Below, piece by piece: positions 1 to 9,309 of a DNA stretch of 64,000 nucleotides. The stretch covers positions 58,444 to 122,443 of the forward strand of contig JAYPUA010000003.1 of NCBI GenBank assembly GCA_038133845.1. The letters are read 5' to 3'. This stretch comes from Deltaproteobacteria bacterium (GTDB taxonomy: Bacteria; SAR324; NAC60-12). Both the position numbers and the translations under genes were made by a program. The notes beneath the pieces were generated by a model, which searched no databases, was not told where the DNA came from, and saw only the letters and a program-made list of their open reading frames with translations. The stretch's first letter is position 1; each line of letters starts with the position of its first letter.

Positions 1-22
1 AGTCAGCAGCCTGGAGCGAGCA

Positions 23-952
23 ATGCGCAAGGAGTATCAAGAGCTTCAACTCGGAGCCACCAAGGGGCGCCAAGAGGCCTTTGTCGAGAAGTACGCGAGG
101 TTCTCCTGGGCCTCCGAGGAGGTCCGCCAGGTCAAGCAGGCGCTGGCACAGCGCAACGCAAACTCCGGTAGCCAAGGTTCTTCAGAGTTTGACGAAGCGC
201 GCATGATGAGCGAGTACAGCAGGCTGAACTACCAGCCCAATGGACAAAAATACGAGGAGTTCATCAGCCGCTACGAAAAATTTCCGGAAGCCGAAAAGCA
301 AGTGGCCTACGTGCGCGATCGGCTGCAAGCTCTAAAGAAGGCAGAGATTCCGGATGATAAAAAACGTGACTTTGCCCGAAATCGCCGGTTCCGAGCACTG
401 TATGAGGCAGCAATGAAGGAAAGCCGGGAGACCGTCGGTTGCGGACTCTTTGGGTTTGGGTGCCCGGACCCGTTGGTCTTTCCGGAGTACCAGCAAGGCT
501 TTCACTTGAAGGACTACCGCCGGGTCAAGGTCAATGGGAACCGCGCCTCCTGGACCGAGACCGGCGTAAAGCTGGACGTCAACGATGTCGCGGTGGTGAT
601 GGCTTCCGGAGCGGTCAAGATCTGCAGCAGCTGCAGCAAGCGGGGCATGCTTTCTCTGGACGAGAGTTGGCTGCTATCCCTGCGAGTGGGGGAAGCCCAA
701 AAGCCCAAACAGATTTGGTGGGTCAAGCGTAACTCCATCCATACTGTGAGGTTCACCTCCAACGATCTGGGGGAGTTGAAGTTCCTCGTCCCGGAGCGAG
801 AAGTTTCCCACTACAAAGACAACGCCGGAAGCTTCTTGCTGGATGTCTTCGTGTTTGAGGGGCGATATGAGGAGGAGTTCAACACCTTTCGAGAGGCACT
901 CATGAGGGCGAATCCCGAGGACGAGCACATGCAGGCATACCTCGGGCGCTGA
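23..952 (+). CDS. Hypothetical protein with internal repeats of the form x-Y-x-x-F-[SP]-x-[AS]-E-E/K-V (two copies) and a beta-rich C-terminal domain. The frame is open upstream to the window edge, so the 5' end may be truncated by the window.
   Basis: 309-codon ORF with coding-like high GC3 and no recognisable family. There is no in-frame stop between position 2 and the first ATG. Confidence 0.45.
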   Translation: MRKEYQELQLGATKGRQEAFVEKYARFSWASEEVRQVKQALAQRNANSGSQGSSEFDEARMMSEYSRLNYQPNGQKYEEFISRYEKFPEAEKQVAYVRDRLQALKKAEIPDDKKRDFARNRRFRALYEAAMKESRETVGCGLFGFGCPDPLVFPEYQQGFHLKDYRRVKVNGNRASWTETGVKLDVNDVAVVMASGAVKICSSCSKRGMLSLDESWLLSLRVGEAQKPKQIWWVKRNSIHTVRFTSNDLGELKFLVPEREVSHYKDNAGSFLLDVFVFEGRYEEEFNTFREALMRANPEDEHMQAYLGR

Positions 953-955
953 GGG

Positions 956-1405
956 TCAGTTGAGCTTGAAGGCTCGGTTGAAGGCCCGTCGCAGATAGTC
1001 CGGCTCCTGAGGGCCAGTGAGGGTGGCAATGCGCTGGCCTTCCGGGCTGAAGAAGAGCAGAGTGACGTTGCTCACGTCGTGCAGTTGAGCAAAAGCCCGG
1101 CCCTCCGGGGTGTTGAGCCCGGCGATGATGAAGCGGACCTTCCCTTGATATTCTGGTTCGAGCGAGTGGACCACTCGCTTCAGCTCGCGGCAGAGGCTTC
1201 AGCCAGGGTCGTGAATCTGAACCACAATGTTCTGTCCCTGCCCAATCGCCTGCAGGTCCGTGTCTTCCGGAGTGAAGTCGTACCAAAGCCAGGCTCCTGC
1301 CAGGATCAAAAAGGCGCTCGTGGCTAGCGTCAGGAGGCGCACCTGCTGCTGGCGCTGCCGGGATTTAGAAGGTGCTTTGGAAGAGTTTGATGAAGATTTT
1401 GCCAT
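956..1405 (-). CDS. Membrane-anchored thioredoxin-fold protein. Two same-frame ORFs (1199..1405 and 956..1174) are separated only by TGA at 1199..1201, which sits at the active-site position and reads G-[TGA]-S-L-C against canonical W-C-G-P-C. This makes it a putative selenoprotein, or otherwise a pseudogene.
   Basis: The N-terminal piece has a TM helix (LLTLATSAFLILAGAWLW) followed by beta1 (NIVVQIHDPG). The C-terminal piece aligns to thioredoxin: YQGKVRFI, the cis-Pro motif TLLFFSP, and RIATLTG. Both pieces are in frame 1 mod 3, and the downstream piece has no Shine-Dalgarno of its own. Confidence 0.55.
1161..1179 (-). promoter_or_regulatory. Hairpin agcgagu-GGUCC-acucgcu lying +23..+41 downstream of the in-frame UGA; candidate bacterial SECIS-like element.
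   Basis: A 7-bp perfect stem with a 5-nt apical loop containing GGU. Its distance from the UGA is within the range described for bacterial SECIS elements. Confidence 0.3.
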
Positions 1406-1689
1406 ATTTCCAGAGAGTCAAACAGGTGATGCCTTGCCCAAAATCCTAGAAAACGAACCTCCGGAAGACCAGAAGAAAATGCGGAGGTTCCTACTTTTCC
1501 CTGCCTCAAAGGCCTCAGTGCACCGGAAGCTGGAAGCCTTGGGTCCTGGCGTCCGGTACAAATCCTCCACAAAGCAACGCCCCAATTTTCAAAATTTGTC
1601 AGCTACAGGCTTGTGATGACTTAAAAAATCTCATAGGGTAATCACCTCGTGCGGTTTACTCAACATCCTGTCTGTAGAGAACAATCCAG

Positions 1690-1980
1690 ATGAACAAGTC
1701 CCAACTGATAGAGACCCTCGCCGAAAAGAGTGGCTACAACATTCAACTCACCGATCAGGTGGTCCGGATCTTCTTCAATCAGGTCAAGGAAGCCTTGGCC
1801 AAGGGAGACAAGGTAGAGATTCGGGGGTTTGGTTCCTTCAGCGTCAAGCAGTACGAAGGCTACGAGGGGCGGAATCCACGGACCGGAGAGAAGGTTCGGG
1901 TGCAGCCGAAGCGCCTCCCGGTCTTTCGGCCTGGAAAGGACCTGAGAGAGCGGATCAACGGGGAGTACGAAGACGAGTAA
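1690..1980 (+). CDS. ihfB: Integration host factor beta-like DNA-binding protein (HU/IHF family)
   Basis: 96 aa containing IRGFGSFSV, RNPRTGEKV and FRPGKDLRERI, all characteristic of IHF-beta/HU. Confidence 0.85.
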   Translation: MNKSQLIETLAEKSGYNIQLTDQVVRIFFNQVKEALAKGDKVEIRGFGSFSVKQYEGYEGRNPRTGEKVRVQPKRLPVFRPGKDLRERINGEYEDE

Positions 1981-1983
1981 GGC

Positions 1984-2997
1984 TCAGTCCCTGTCGGCAC
2001 CATCCAGCACGTCCCGGTAGCGTTCGCGGGGAGCAACGACTTCGCCAATCCGGACTGCCGTTTTCCCGCGCAGTGCGCCCTGAGTTCCTCGAAACTTGAG
2101 GACCCCGTTGACCAGCACAGGGAGCGGAGCATCCACTCCCTGATCCAGACGGAGAACCTCTCCCGGCTTGAGATTGAGAAAGTGTCGCAGGCTGATGCGG
2201 GTCCTGCCCAGTTGAGCACAGACCTCCACGGAGGTGTGCCGCAGGCTCTCGGCCAGCCGCGCCGCACTCATTGGGTTCAGGTCCGAGTCCATGTTCTGAG
2301 AAGCCGCATCAAGCCTGGCCCGGATGGGGTCCAGCATCCCGTAAGGCAGGGCGACACGCATGGTCATCGGGTTGCGGTGCAGCTCCACGTCGAAGGTGGT
2401 CACCACCAGGATGTCCTCCGGCCCCGTCACCGACGCGAGCTTCGGGTTGGACTCGATGCGCTCAAAGGTGGGGCGCAGTTGAACAGCAGGCTTCCAGGCG
2501 GTCCCGAGGTCCTGCAAGGCGGCCTGAGCGATCTTGGCGACCATGCGCATCTCAATGCCGGTAAAGGTCCGCTTGACCGGGCCTCCGGGTTCAAACTGGC
2601 CGGTGCCGCCAAACATCAGGTCGATCAGGGCATGGACCAGCCGTTGTTCAAAGGAGAGGATCGCATGCCCCTGCAACGGAGCGAGCCCAAAGACGGTGAC
2701 TGCCGAGGGGGAGGGGGTGCCGTCCAGCAGATCCTTTTGGCTGATCAACTCGATCGCTCGCCGGTTGACCATGAAGTTCCGCCGTAACTGCTTCCCAAGC
2801 GATTGGGAGAAGGACTTGGCAAAGCGGTCGTGAACGGTCTCCAACCCGGGCATCCGTCCACGGATGATGCGCGTCTGGTGTCCCAGTTCGTAGGGTTTGA
2901 TCTCGTTGGGCTCTTGAGACAGTTGAGCTTCTCGGGCCTTCTGGACCGCATGCTCAAGCAAGGAAGTGACTTCTTGATTGGAAAATTTCGAATTCAC
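1984..2997 (-). CDS. fliM: Flagellar motor switch protein FliM. The ORF is open further, to 3204, but the likely start is the GTG at 2995..2997, just before the CheY-binding-like motif SNQEVTSLL.
   Basis: IKPYEL...HDRFAKSFSQSLGKQLRR and LIDLMFGGTG form the FliM middle domain, and the C-terminus has a SpoA/FliN fold (GEVLRLDQ...PVLVNGVLKFRG). The extended N-terminus would overlap the NUDIX gene start. Confidence 0.8.
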   Translation of the reverse strand: MNSKFSNQEVTSLLEHAVQKAREAQLSQEPNEIKPYELGHQTRIIRGRMPGLETVHDRFAKSFSQSLGKQLRRNFMVNRRAIELISQKDLLDGTPSPSAVTVFGLAPLQGHAILSFEQRLVHALIDLMFGGTGQFEPGGPVKRTFTGIEMRMVAKIAQAALQDLGTAWKPAVQLRPTFERIESNPKLASVTGPEDILVVTTFDVELHRNPMTMRVALPYGMLDPIRARLDAASQNMDSDLNPMSAARLAESLRHTSVEVCAQLGRTRISLRHFLNLKPGEVLRLDQGVDAPLPVLVNGVLKFRGTQGALRGKTAVRIGEVVAPRERYRDVLDGADRD

Positions 2998-3017
2998 AGC
3001 AATCGGATGACAGACAG

Positions 3018-3491
3018 ATGAAGTTGGGCACCCTGGTGTATCTTGAGCACCAGGAGCAGGTGCTGATGATCCGTCGCCAGAAGGCGGATGAGCATCAGGG
3101 CATGTATCTCGCTCCCGGAGGAAAGCTGGAGCCCAACGAGGCCCCACATTCCGGGGCGCTTCGGGAGTTCCATGAAGAAACCGGATTGCAGGTTTTGAAC
3201 CCACGCCTCAGCGCGGTCCTCAGTTTCCCCGATCTCGGTGACTCTCCCTTCGGAGACGAGTGGCAGGTGTTCGTGTTTCATGCTACGCAATTCTCAGGGA
3301 CGCTGACGAAGGAGTGTCCAGAAGGCCAACTGGAGTGGATCTCCCGGGAGGCCTTGAGCGCCTTGCCCATGTGGGAGGGAGACCGCCTGTTCACCCCGAA
3401 AGTCTTTGATCCTGGATGCTTCACCGCATCTTTCCTGTATCGTGGAAGCTACCTGCAGGAGTGGCAGTTCTGGGAACCAGAGAATCCATGA
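3018..3491 (+). CDS. NUDIX hydrolase
   Basis: Nudix box GGKLEPNEAPHSGALREFHEETG (GX5EX7REUXEEXGU). Confidence 0.85.
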   Translation: MKLGTLVYLEHQEQVLMIRRQKADEHQGMYLAPGGKLEPNEAPHSGALREFHEETGLQVLNPRLSAVLSFPDLGDSPFGDEWQVFVFHATQFSGTLTKECPEGQLEWISREALSALPMWEGDRLFTPKVFDPGCFTASFLYRGSYLQEWQFWEPENP

Positions 3492-3521
3492 TTTGTTCAT
3501 TTAACGCATTTTGAGTGGCGA

Positions 3522-3857
3522 ATGCAAGTGAAGTCCCCCATGAAATCCCGGTGGAAGGCAGGCTGGATCCTGCTGGTCGTGTTCAGCATCCTCGGAGGCT
3601 GTCAGCTTCGGATTCAGTATCCTTCCGAGTTGCCTTCAGAGGAGGTGATTGTGGAGGAGTTGGATTACTGGTACTGGGGCACGGAGGGAGACCCGTCGTT
3701 CGAGATCTACGACCGCTGTCCGCAAGGGCGGGTCTACGAGACCCGGATGGAGGCCAGCTTCACACAGGGATTGGTTTCAGTGGCCACCCTGGGCATCTAC
3801 ACCCCCCGGACCCTGACCATCACCTGCTCCCTGCGGGGAGCCCCGCCGCAGGAGTGA
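3522..3857 (+). CDS. Bor-family outer-membrane lipoprotein (phage-lambda Bor/Iss-like)
   Basis: Signal peptide with lipobox LGGC. The C-terminus RCPQGRVYETR...FTQGLVSVATLGIYTPRTLTITCS matches the Bor signature ...ICGG...FVNGLLGFITLGIYTP...YCS. Confidence 0.75.
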   Translation: MQVKSPMKSRWKAGWILLVVFSILGGCQLRIQYPSELPSEEVIVEELDYWYWGTEGDPSFEIYDRCPQGRVYETRMEASFTQGLVSVATLGIYTPRTLTITCSLRGAPPQE

Positions 3858-3866
3858 AGCCGGACC

Positions 3867-4754
3867 TCAGAGGCTGATCCGGGTGTAGCAGGAGTGAATC
3901 CACTGAGAGAAGAAGGTGTTGCGGTGGGAACGCCAGCGGTTGACCGGGTTGTTGAAGTCAAAGTTGGCCACCGGAGGGACCTCCGGGCTGTTCTGATCTC
4001 GCCGCGCCTCATAGGCCAGGCGCCCGGCGTTGTACTCCGGATGCCCGGTATGCATGAGCACCCGTTGGTCGGTTGTTTCGAAGATGGTGTATCCGGACTC
4101 CGGACCATAGGCCAGCAAGTTGAGCCTCCCTTCGTGCTCCGCCTGACGCATGGCGTCGTCCGGGAGCCCGGCGTTGCGGCTCTGCGGACACCAGAAGACA
4201 TCATCCAGCGCTCCCATCACCGGGTGCCCCTGGGCCTGGTTTTCCAACTCAAAGAGGCCAAACAGCTTCTGCGGAAGCGTGATCTTCTCAACGCCCTCCA
4301 GGTAGGCCAGGGCAAACCCTCCCCAACAGATTCCCAAGGTGCTCGGGCAACTCTCCCGGGAATCCCGGATCACTTCAGAGATCTCATCCCAATACTCGAC
4401 CTTCTCAAACGGAAGATGTTCCACCGGGGCACCCGTGACGATCAGTCCGTCCAGAGGCTGGTTTCGAGTGGCTTCCGAATATGTCATGTACAGGTCGTCC
4501 AGATGTCCTGCAGGCCAGGACTTGTAAACGTGTGACTCCAACCGAATCCAGATCGGCTCAATCTGCAGCACGGAGAGTCCCAGGGGATGAAGCAGGTTGA
4601 ACTCGTACTGCTCTCCCAACGGCATGATGTTGAGCAGCCCGATGCGCAGTGGACGAATGTCTTGGCGCTCCGCCTGTTCCGGAGGAATCCAGCGGATGCG
4701 GTTTTGCTCAATGGCCTGGAGCGCGTGATAGTTGGAGCGGATGATCAAGGTCAT
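3867..4754 (-). CDS. metA: Homoserine O-acyltransferase, MetA family. The ORF extends to 4826, but the start MTLIIRSNY at 4752..4754 matches MetA length.
   Basis: IRPLRIGLLNIMP, LIVTGAP, CWGGFALAYL and HTGHPEY; collinear with E. coli MetA. Confidence 0.85.
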   Translation of the reverse strand: MTLIIRSNYHALQAIEQNRIRWIPPEQAERQDIRPLRIGLLNIMPLGEQYEFNLLHPLGLSVLQIEPIWIRLESHVYKSWPAGHLDDLYMTYSEATRNQPLDGLIVTGAPVEHLPFEKVEYWDEISEVIRDSRESCPSTLGICWGGFALAYLEGVEKITLPQKLFGLFELENQAQGHPVMGALDDVFWCPQSRNAGLPDDAMRQAEHEGRLNLLAYGPESGYTIFETTDQRVLMHTGHPEYNAGRLAYEARRDQNSPEVPPVANFDFNNPVNRWRSHRNTFFSQWIHSCYTRISL

Positions 4755-4835
4755 GGTTGCGGTACTGCGTTCAAATTCTTTCTCCAAAAGTGGACGATCC
4801 CGGAGCTTGCGCAACCCCGGGACCATCCGAGAAGA

Positions 4836-6408
<1,573 letters not shown>

Positions 6409-6414
6409 CAAACC

Positions 6415-6443
6415 AAGGTAAGCGGCGGGCCTCCGAGTGTCAA
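6415..6443 (-). promoter_or_regulatory. Candidate sigma70 promoter for the riboswitch-metY-metA transcript (TTGACA-17-TACCTT)
   Basis: A perfect -35 TTGACA (fwd 6438..6443), a 17-nt spacer, and a weak -10 (fwd 6415..6420). It sits about 8 nt upstream of riboswitch P1. Confidence 0.4.
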
Positions 6444-6448
6444 GCCTG

Positions 6449-6478
6449 AAAATCATCACATCCGGATGTGATGATTTT
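6449..6478. promoter_or_regulatory. AT-rich perfect palindrome AAAATCATCACAT-CCGG-ATGTGATGATTTT, either a bidirectional terminator-like hairpin or a protein operator
   Basis: 13-bp perfect inverted repeat with a 4-nt centre, located between the DUF502 gene end and the metY promoter. It is conspicuously AT-rich for this genome. Confidence 0.4.
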
Positions 6479-6513
6479 CTCGACCGAAAGACGCCCCAAG
6501 GAGGGGTTTGAGT

Positions 6514-7176
6514 TCAGGGCGCAGCGGAGGAGGGGTGCGCAGGGTGGTCGTAGACGATCTGGGCCGGAGCCACAGAACCTCCGGAGATGATGAACTGCAT
6601 CGCCTCGTCTACCGTCCAGCCGGTGTTTACAAGCTGCTCCACGGGGACAATCTCCAGATAGCCCGAGGTTGGGTTCGGGGTCGTGGGGACATAGACTGCG
6701 GCCAGTTCACGCCCTGTGGCGTCTTCCTGAAAAGTCCGGGTGACTAGCCCCACCGTCTTCATTTCAGGCGTGGGGAAGGGAATCAAGACCACCCGCTGGT
6801 TTCCGGAGGGTCCGGTATTGAGCGACTCGAGGAACTGCTTGATCAGCCCGTAGACGGTCTTGACCAGAGGCAGGTAGGAGATTCCGGACTCCACCAGCCC
6901 CATCAGCCTGCGCCCGATGACCCGCTGCACGAGGAGCCCGATCAGGTAGAGCCCGGCAATTGAGATCAGGATCGCCAGGAGCCCCTGAATCCAGGGAAGT
7001 TGCAGGAGCCGCTCCAGCTGGGGGTAGTGCCGATGGATCAGCTCGGTCAGCGGCTGAAGCGCCGGGGAGAAGATGCTAGCCATCATTTCGAGCAGGAAGT
7101 CGATGGCCGCGACCGTCGCCACCACAGGGAGGACGGCTCCCGCGCCAGCGAGCACGGTCTTGCGAACGTTGGACAC
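6514..7176 (-). CDS. DUF502-family membrane protein
   Basis: N-terminal TM helices followed by the ...VVLIPFPTPEMKTVGLVT... region typical of DUF502/COG2928. The start is a GTG. Confidence 0.65.
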   Translation of the reverse strand: MSNVRKTVLAGAGAVLPVVATVAAIDFLLEMMASIFSPALQPLTELIHRHYPQLERLLQLPWIQGLLAILISIAGLYLIGLLVQRVIGRRLMGLVESGISYLPLVKTVYGLIKQFLESLNTGPSGNQRVVLIPFPTPEMKTVGLVTRTFQEDATGRELAAVYVPTTPNPTSGYLEIVPVEQLVNTGWTVDEAMQFIISGGSVAPAQIVYDHPAHPSSAAP

Positions 7177-7241
7177 TACGCAACTCCGGGAAGTGGCAGC
7201 GTGATGCCGCGCATCCGCTCTGCCGAATTGGGAAATCGCTC

Positions 7242-7268
7242 AGGCCCAGACCTTGGAGGCCCAGACCT
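7242..7268. repeat. Tandem direct repeat AGGCCCAGACCT x2 (3-bp spacer) upstream of the DUF502 gene
   Basis: 12-mer at 7242..7253 and again at 7257..7268. Confidence 0.3.
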
Positions 7269-7328
7269 GCGAGTGAGGTCATCAGCTAAAAAGCATTGTG
7301 AAAACGAGAGGGGAAATCGCAAGGAGCT

Positions 7329-8111
7329 TTACGGATGCAGGAGCTTCTCCAGCACAGGCAGGCCTGCGGTGATTGCGGCTGGTCCAGGCTGGAGGATGAT
7401 CGCCGGATCCATTTCGTGCAGTCGCTGGTTGCGAACCGCAGTCACGTTTTCAAATCCGGGACGCTCTCGCACCTGCTGCGGGTCAAACGGCTTTCCGCAC
7501 CAGCACCCGATGAGCACCTCCGGATCTCGGGCAACCACCTCGTCCAGGGAGACCTTGCGCTCCAGAGCGGCCTTTCCCGGAGCACGGTCGGCAAAGATGT
7601 TGACTCCCCCAGCAACTTCAATCAACTCGCTGACCCACTGGATCGCGGAAAGAGGCGGGTCGAACCATTCCTCGAAATACACCCGGGGACGGAGTTCTCG
7701 GCCCCCTGCGCGTTTCCGAGTGGTCTCCAGCAGCGAACGGTAGTGTTCCACCAGCGCTGTGGCACGCTCTCGCTGGTTCACCAGCAGCCCGATCATCATC
7801 ACCGTCTCCAGGATCTCTTCAAGGCTGCGCTGGTTGAGGATCAGGACCGGCAGATGAGCCCGGATCAGCCGAGCCGCCAGATCGGCCTGGACGTCGGAGA
7901 ACCCGATCACCAGGTCCGGATCAAGCGCCTGAATTTTAGAGACGCTCCCTCCGGTGAAGGCCGAGACGACCGGCTTGCGTTTCTCGATTCCGGGAGGACG
8001 AACCGTGTAAGCGCTGATCCCCACAATCCGGTCCTCTTCTCCAAGCGCGCAGAGAATTTCGGTGGGGTCTTCGGTGAGGCAGACGATGCGTTGAGGTCCG
8101 TGAGCAGTCAT
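7329..8111 (-). CDS. BtuF-like (class III, TroA fold) cobalamin/metal-chelate binding protein lacking a signal peptide
   Basis: RIVCLTEDPTEILCALG...DPDLVIGFS...LPVLILN...RVYFEEWFDPP...LIEVAGGVNIF is collinear with BtuF. There is no hydrophobic leader. Confidence 0.65.
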   Translation of the reverse strand: MTAHGPQRIVCLTEDPTEILCALGEEDRIVGISAYTVRPPGIEKRKPVVSAFTGGSVSKIQALDPDLVIGFSDVQADLAARLIRAHLPVLILNQRSLEEILETVMMIGLLVNQRERATALVEHYRSLLETTRKRAGGRELRPRVYFEEWFDPPLSAIQWVSELIEVAGGVNIFADRAPGKAALERKVSLDEVVARDPEVLIGCWCGKPFDPQQVRERPGFENVTAVRNQRLHEMDPAIILQPGPAAITAGLPVLEKLLHP

Positions 8112-8348
8112 TTGAGATTGAGCAAAATCATCAGCAAGGGTTGAAAAACGGAAGCTTGTCCGTCCTTGAAGAGTAAACCGGATTCATCCTCCGGTTTACG
8201 TCGGGAAGGGCAAGAAGGGGTCCTGCTCCTTGGCCTTGGCCTAAATTCAGGACCGATGCTTTCCTTCAAAGCGAAGAGTGTTGCCTCCACTCAAGCTGTC
8301 TTCCCGACGACCTGCTCTTCCGAGAAGTCGGTCCAGGCGTGTTGCTCT

Positions 8349-9179
8349 TCATGGGGTCTTGGCCTGCGCTTCGGGAAACAGCGAAACCGCCCCCAACCCG
8401 GGCCAGTACACCTCTCCCCGGAAGGGATGCAGACCGAACTCCATGGCAAGCCACTGAAACCGCAGGCCTTCATTCCAGCCTATCGAGACCCCGGCGAGTC
8501 CCCAAAGCGTCAGCTGCCAGCCGCTTCCTCCGGGAGTGGGCTGGAGCCAGAGTCCCGTTGGGAAATCTTTCCCGATGGCCGTTGCCGGCAGGGGCGTCTG
8601 CAGTTCCGGGAGGTGGCGCAGCACATGGGCAATGAAGGTGTTGCTGTTGGGACCGGGCCAGACGCGGTAGTGCCGAGCCGCCGGGTAGCTGGCAATCGCC
8701 TCGTTCAGGCGCGGGATCAGAGCAACAGCCTCCTGTCCCCGAACCTCACCCAGCAGCCGCGCCGGGTTGCCAAACCAGGACCGATTGGGAGTCCCAACCG
8801 ACTCCGAAACCACGGCCATGCCCCGGTAATGCCTCCAGCCGATCACCTCATGCAGACGGAAAAATGCCTCTCCCGGATTTCGGACCGCGATCCAGCAGTG
8901 GTCCGCAAAGGCACCTCGCCACCCGTAGGCACGTGCCGCGTACACCCGGATCACCACCTCGTCTTCATCAAGCCGTTCACCCTCCAACGCCCCCGGAGAG
9001 TCCATGGAGGCCCGACTCCAGTGAGTGTGCAGGTCCAGACCTCCGAACTTCAGCATCCAGAGCGGCCCGGACAGCAGGAGCGCCGTGAGGCCAAAAATGA
9101 GCAACACGGTGAGTTTGATCAAACGCCATCTCATTGAAACAAATTGCTTTTTACTGAGGGATCCACCTTTTTTGCACAA
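8349..9179 (-). CDS. Membrane-anchored hypothetical protein (DUF3750-like)
   Basis: TTG start preceded by GGAGG at -7. N-terminal TM, then HCWIAV...SVGTPNRSWFGNPARLL...WPGPNSNTF...AIGKDFP. Confidence 0.5.
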   Translation of the reverse strand: MCKKGGSLSKKQFVSMRWRLIKLTVLLIFGLTALLLSGPLWMLKFGGLDLHTHWSRASMDSPGALEGERLDEDEVVIRVYAARAYGWRGAFADHCWIAVRNPGEAFFRLHEVIGWRHYRGMAVVSESVGTPNRSWFGNPARLLGEVRGQEAVALIPRLNEAIASYPAARHYRVWPGPNSNTFIAHVLRHLPELQTPLPATAIGKDFPTGLWLQPTPGGSGWQLTLWGLAGVSIGWNEGLRFQWLAMEFGLHPFRGEVYWPGLGAVSLFPEAQAKTP

Positions 9180-9239
9180 GGTGCCCCTCCTCTGATCCAG
9201 AAGATTCCGGAGCGAATTTCACCTGTCCCTCCGCTTTGC

Positions 9240-9268
9240 TTGCCATGCTCTTGGGGACTCCCTAGAAT
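9240..9268 (+). promoter_or_regulatory. Candidate sigma70 promoter TTGCCA-17-TAGAAT upstream of tldD
   Basis: -35 at 9240..9245 and -10 at 9263..9268, about 40 nt before the tldD ATG. Confidence 0.4.
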
Positions 9269-9309
9269 GCTTTCTTCAAAGCTTACTTTCTTCCCTCTTT
9301 AGAGACATC

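Noticed and set aside
2998-3204. N-terminal extension of the FliM ORF up to 3204
   Set aside because: It would overlap the NUDIX gene start. FliM homology, including the CheY-binding-like SNQEVTSLL segment, begins at the GTG at 2995..2997.
8112-8348. Possible cobalamin riboswitch upstream of the BtuF-like gene
   Set aside because: Only generic hairpins were found. No B12-box (AGYCMGgAgaCCkGCC-like core) or GCCACUG element could be recognised.
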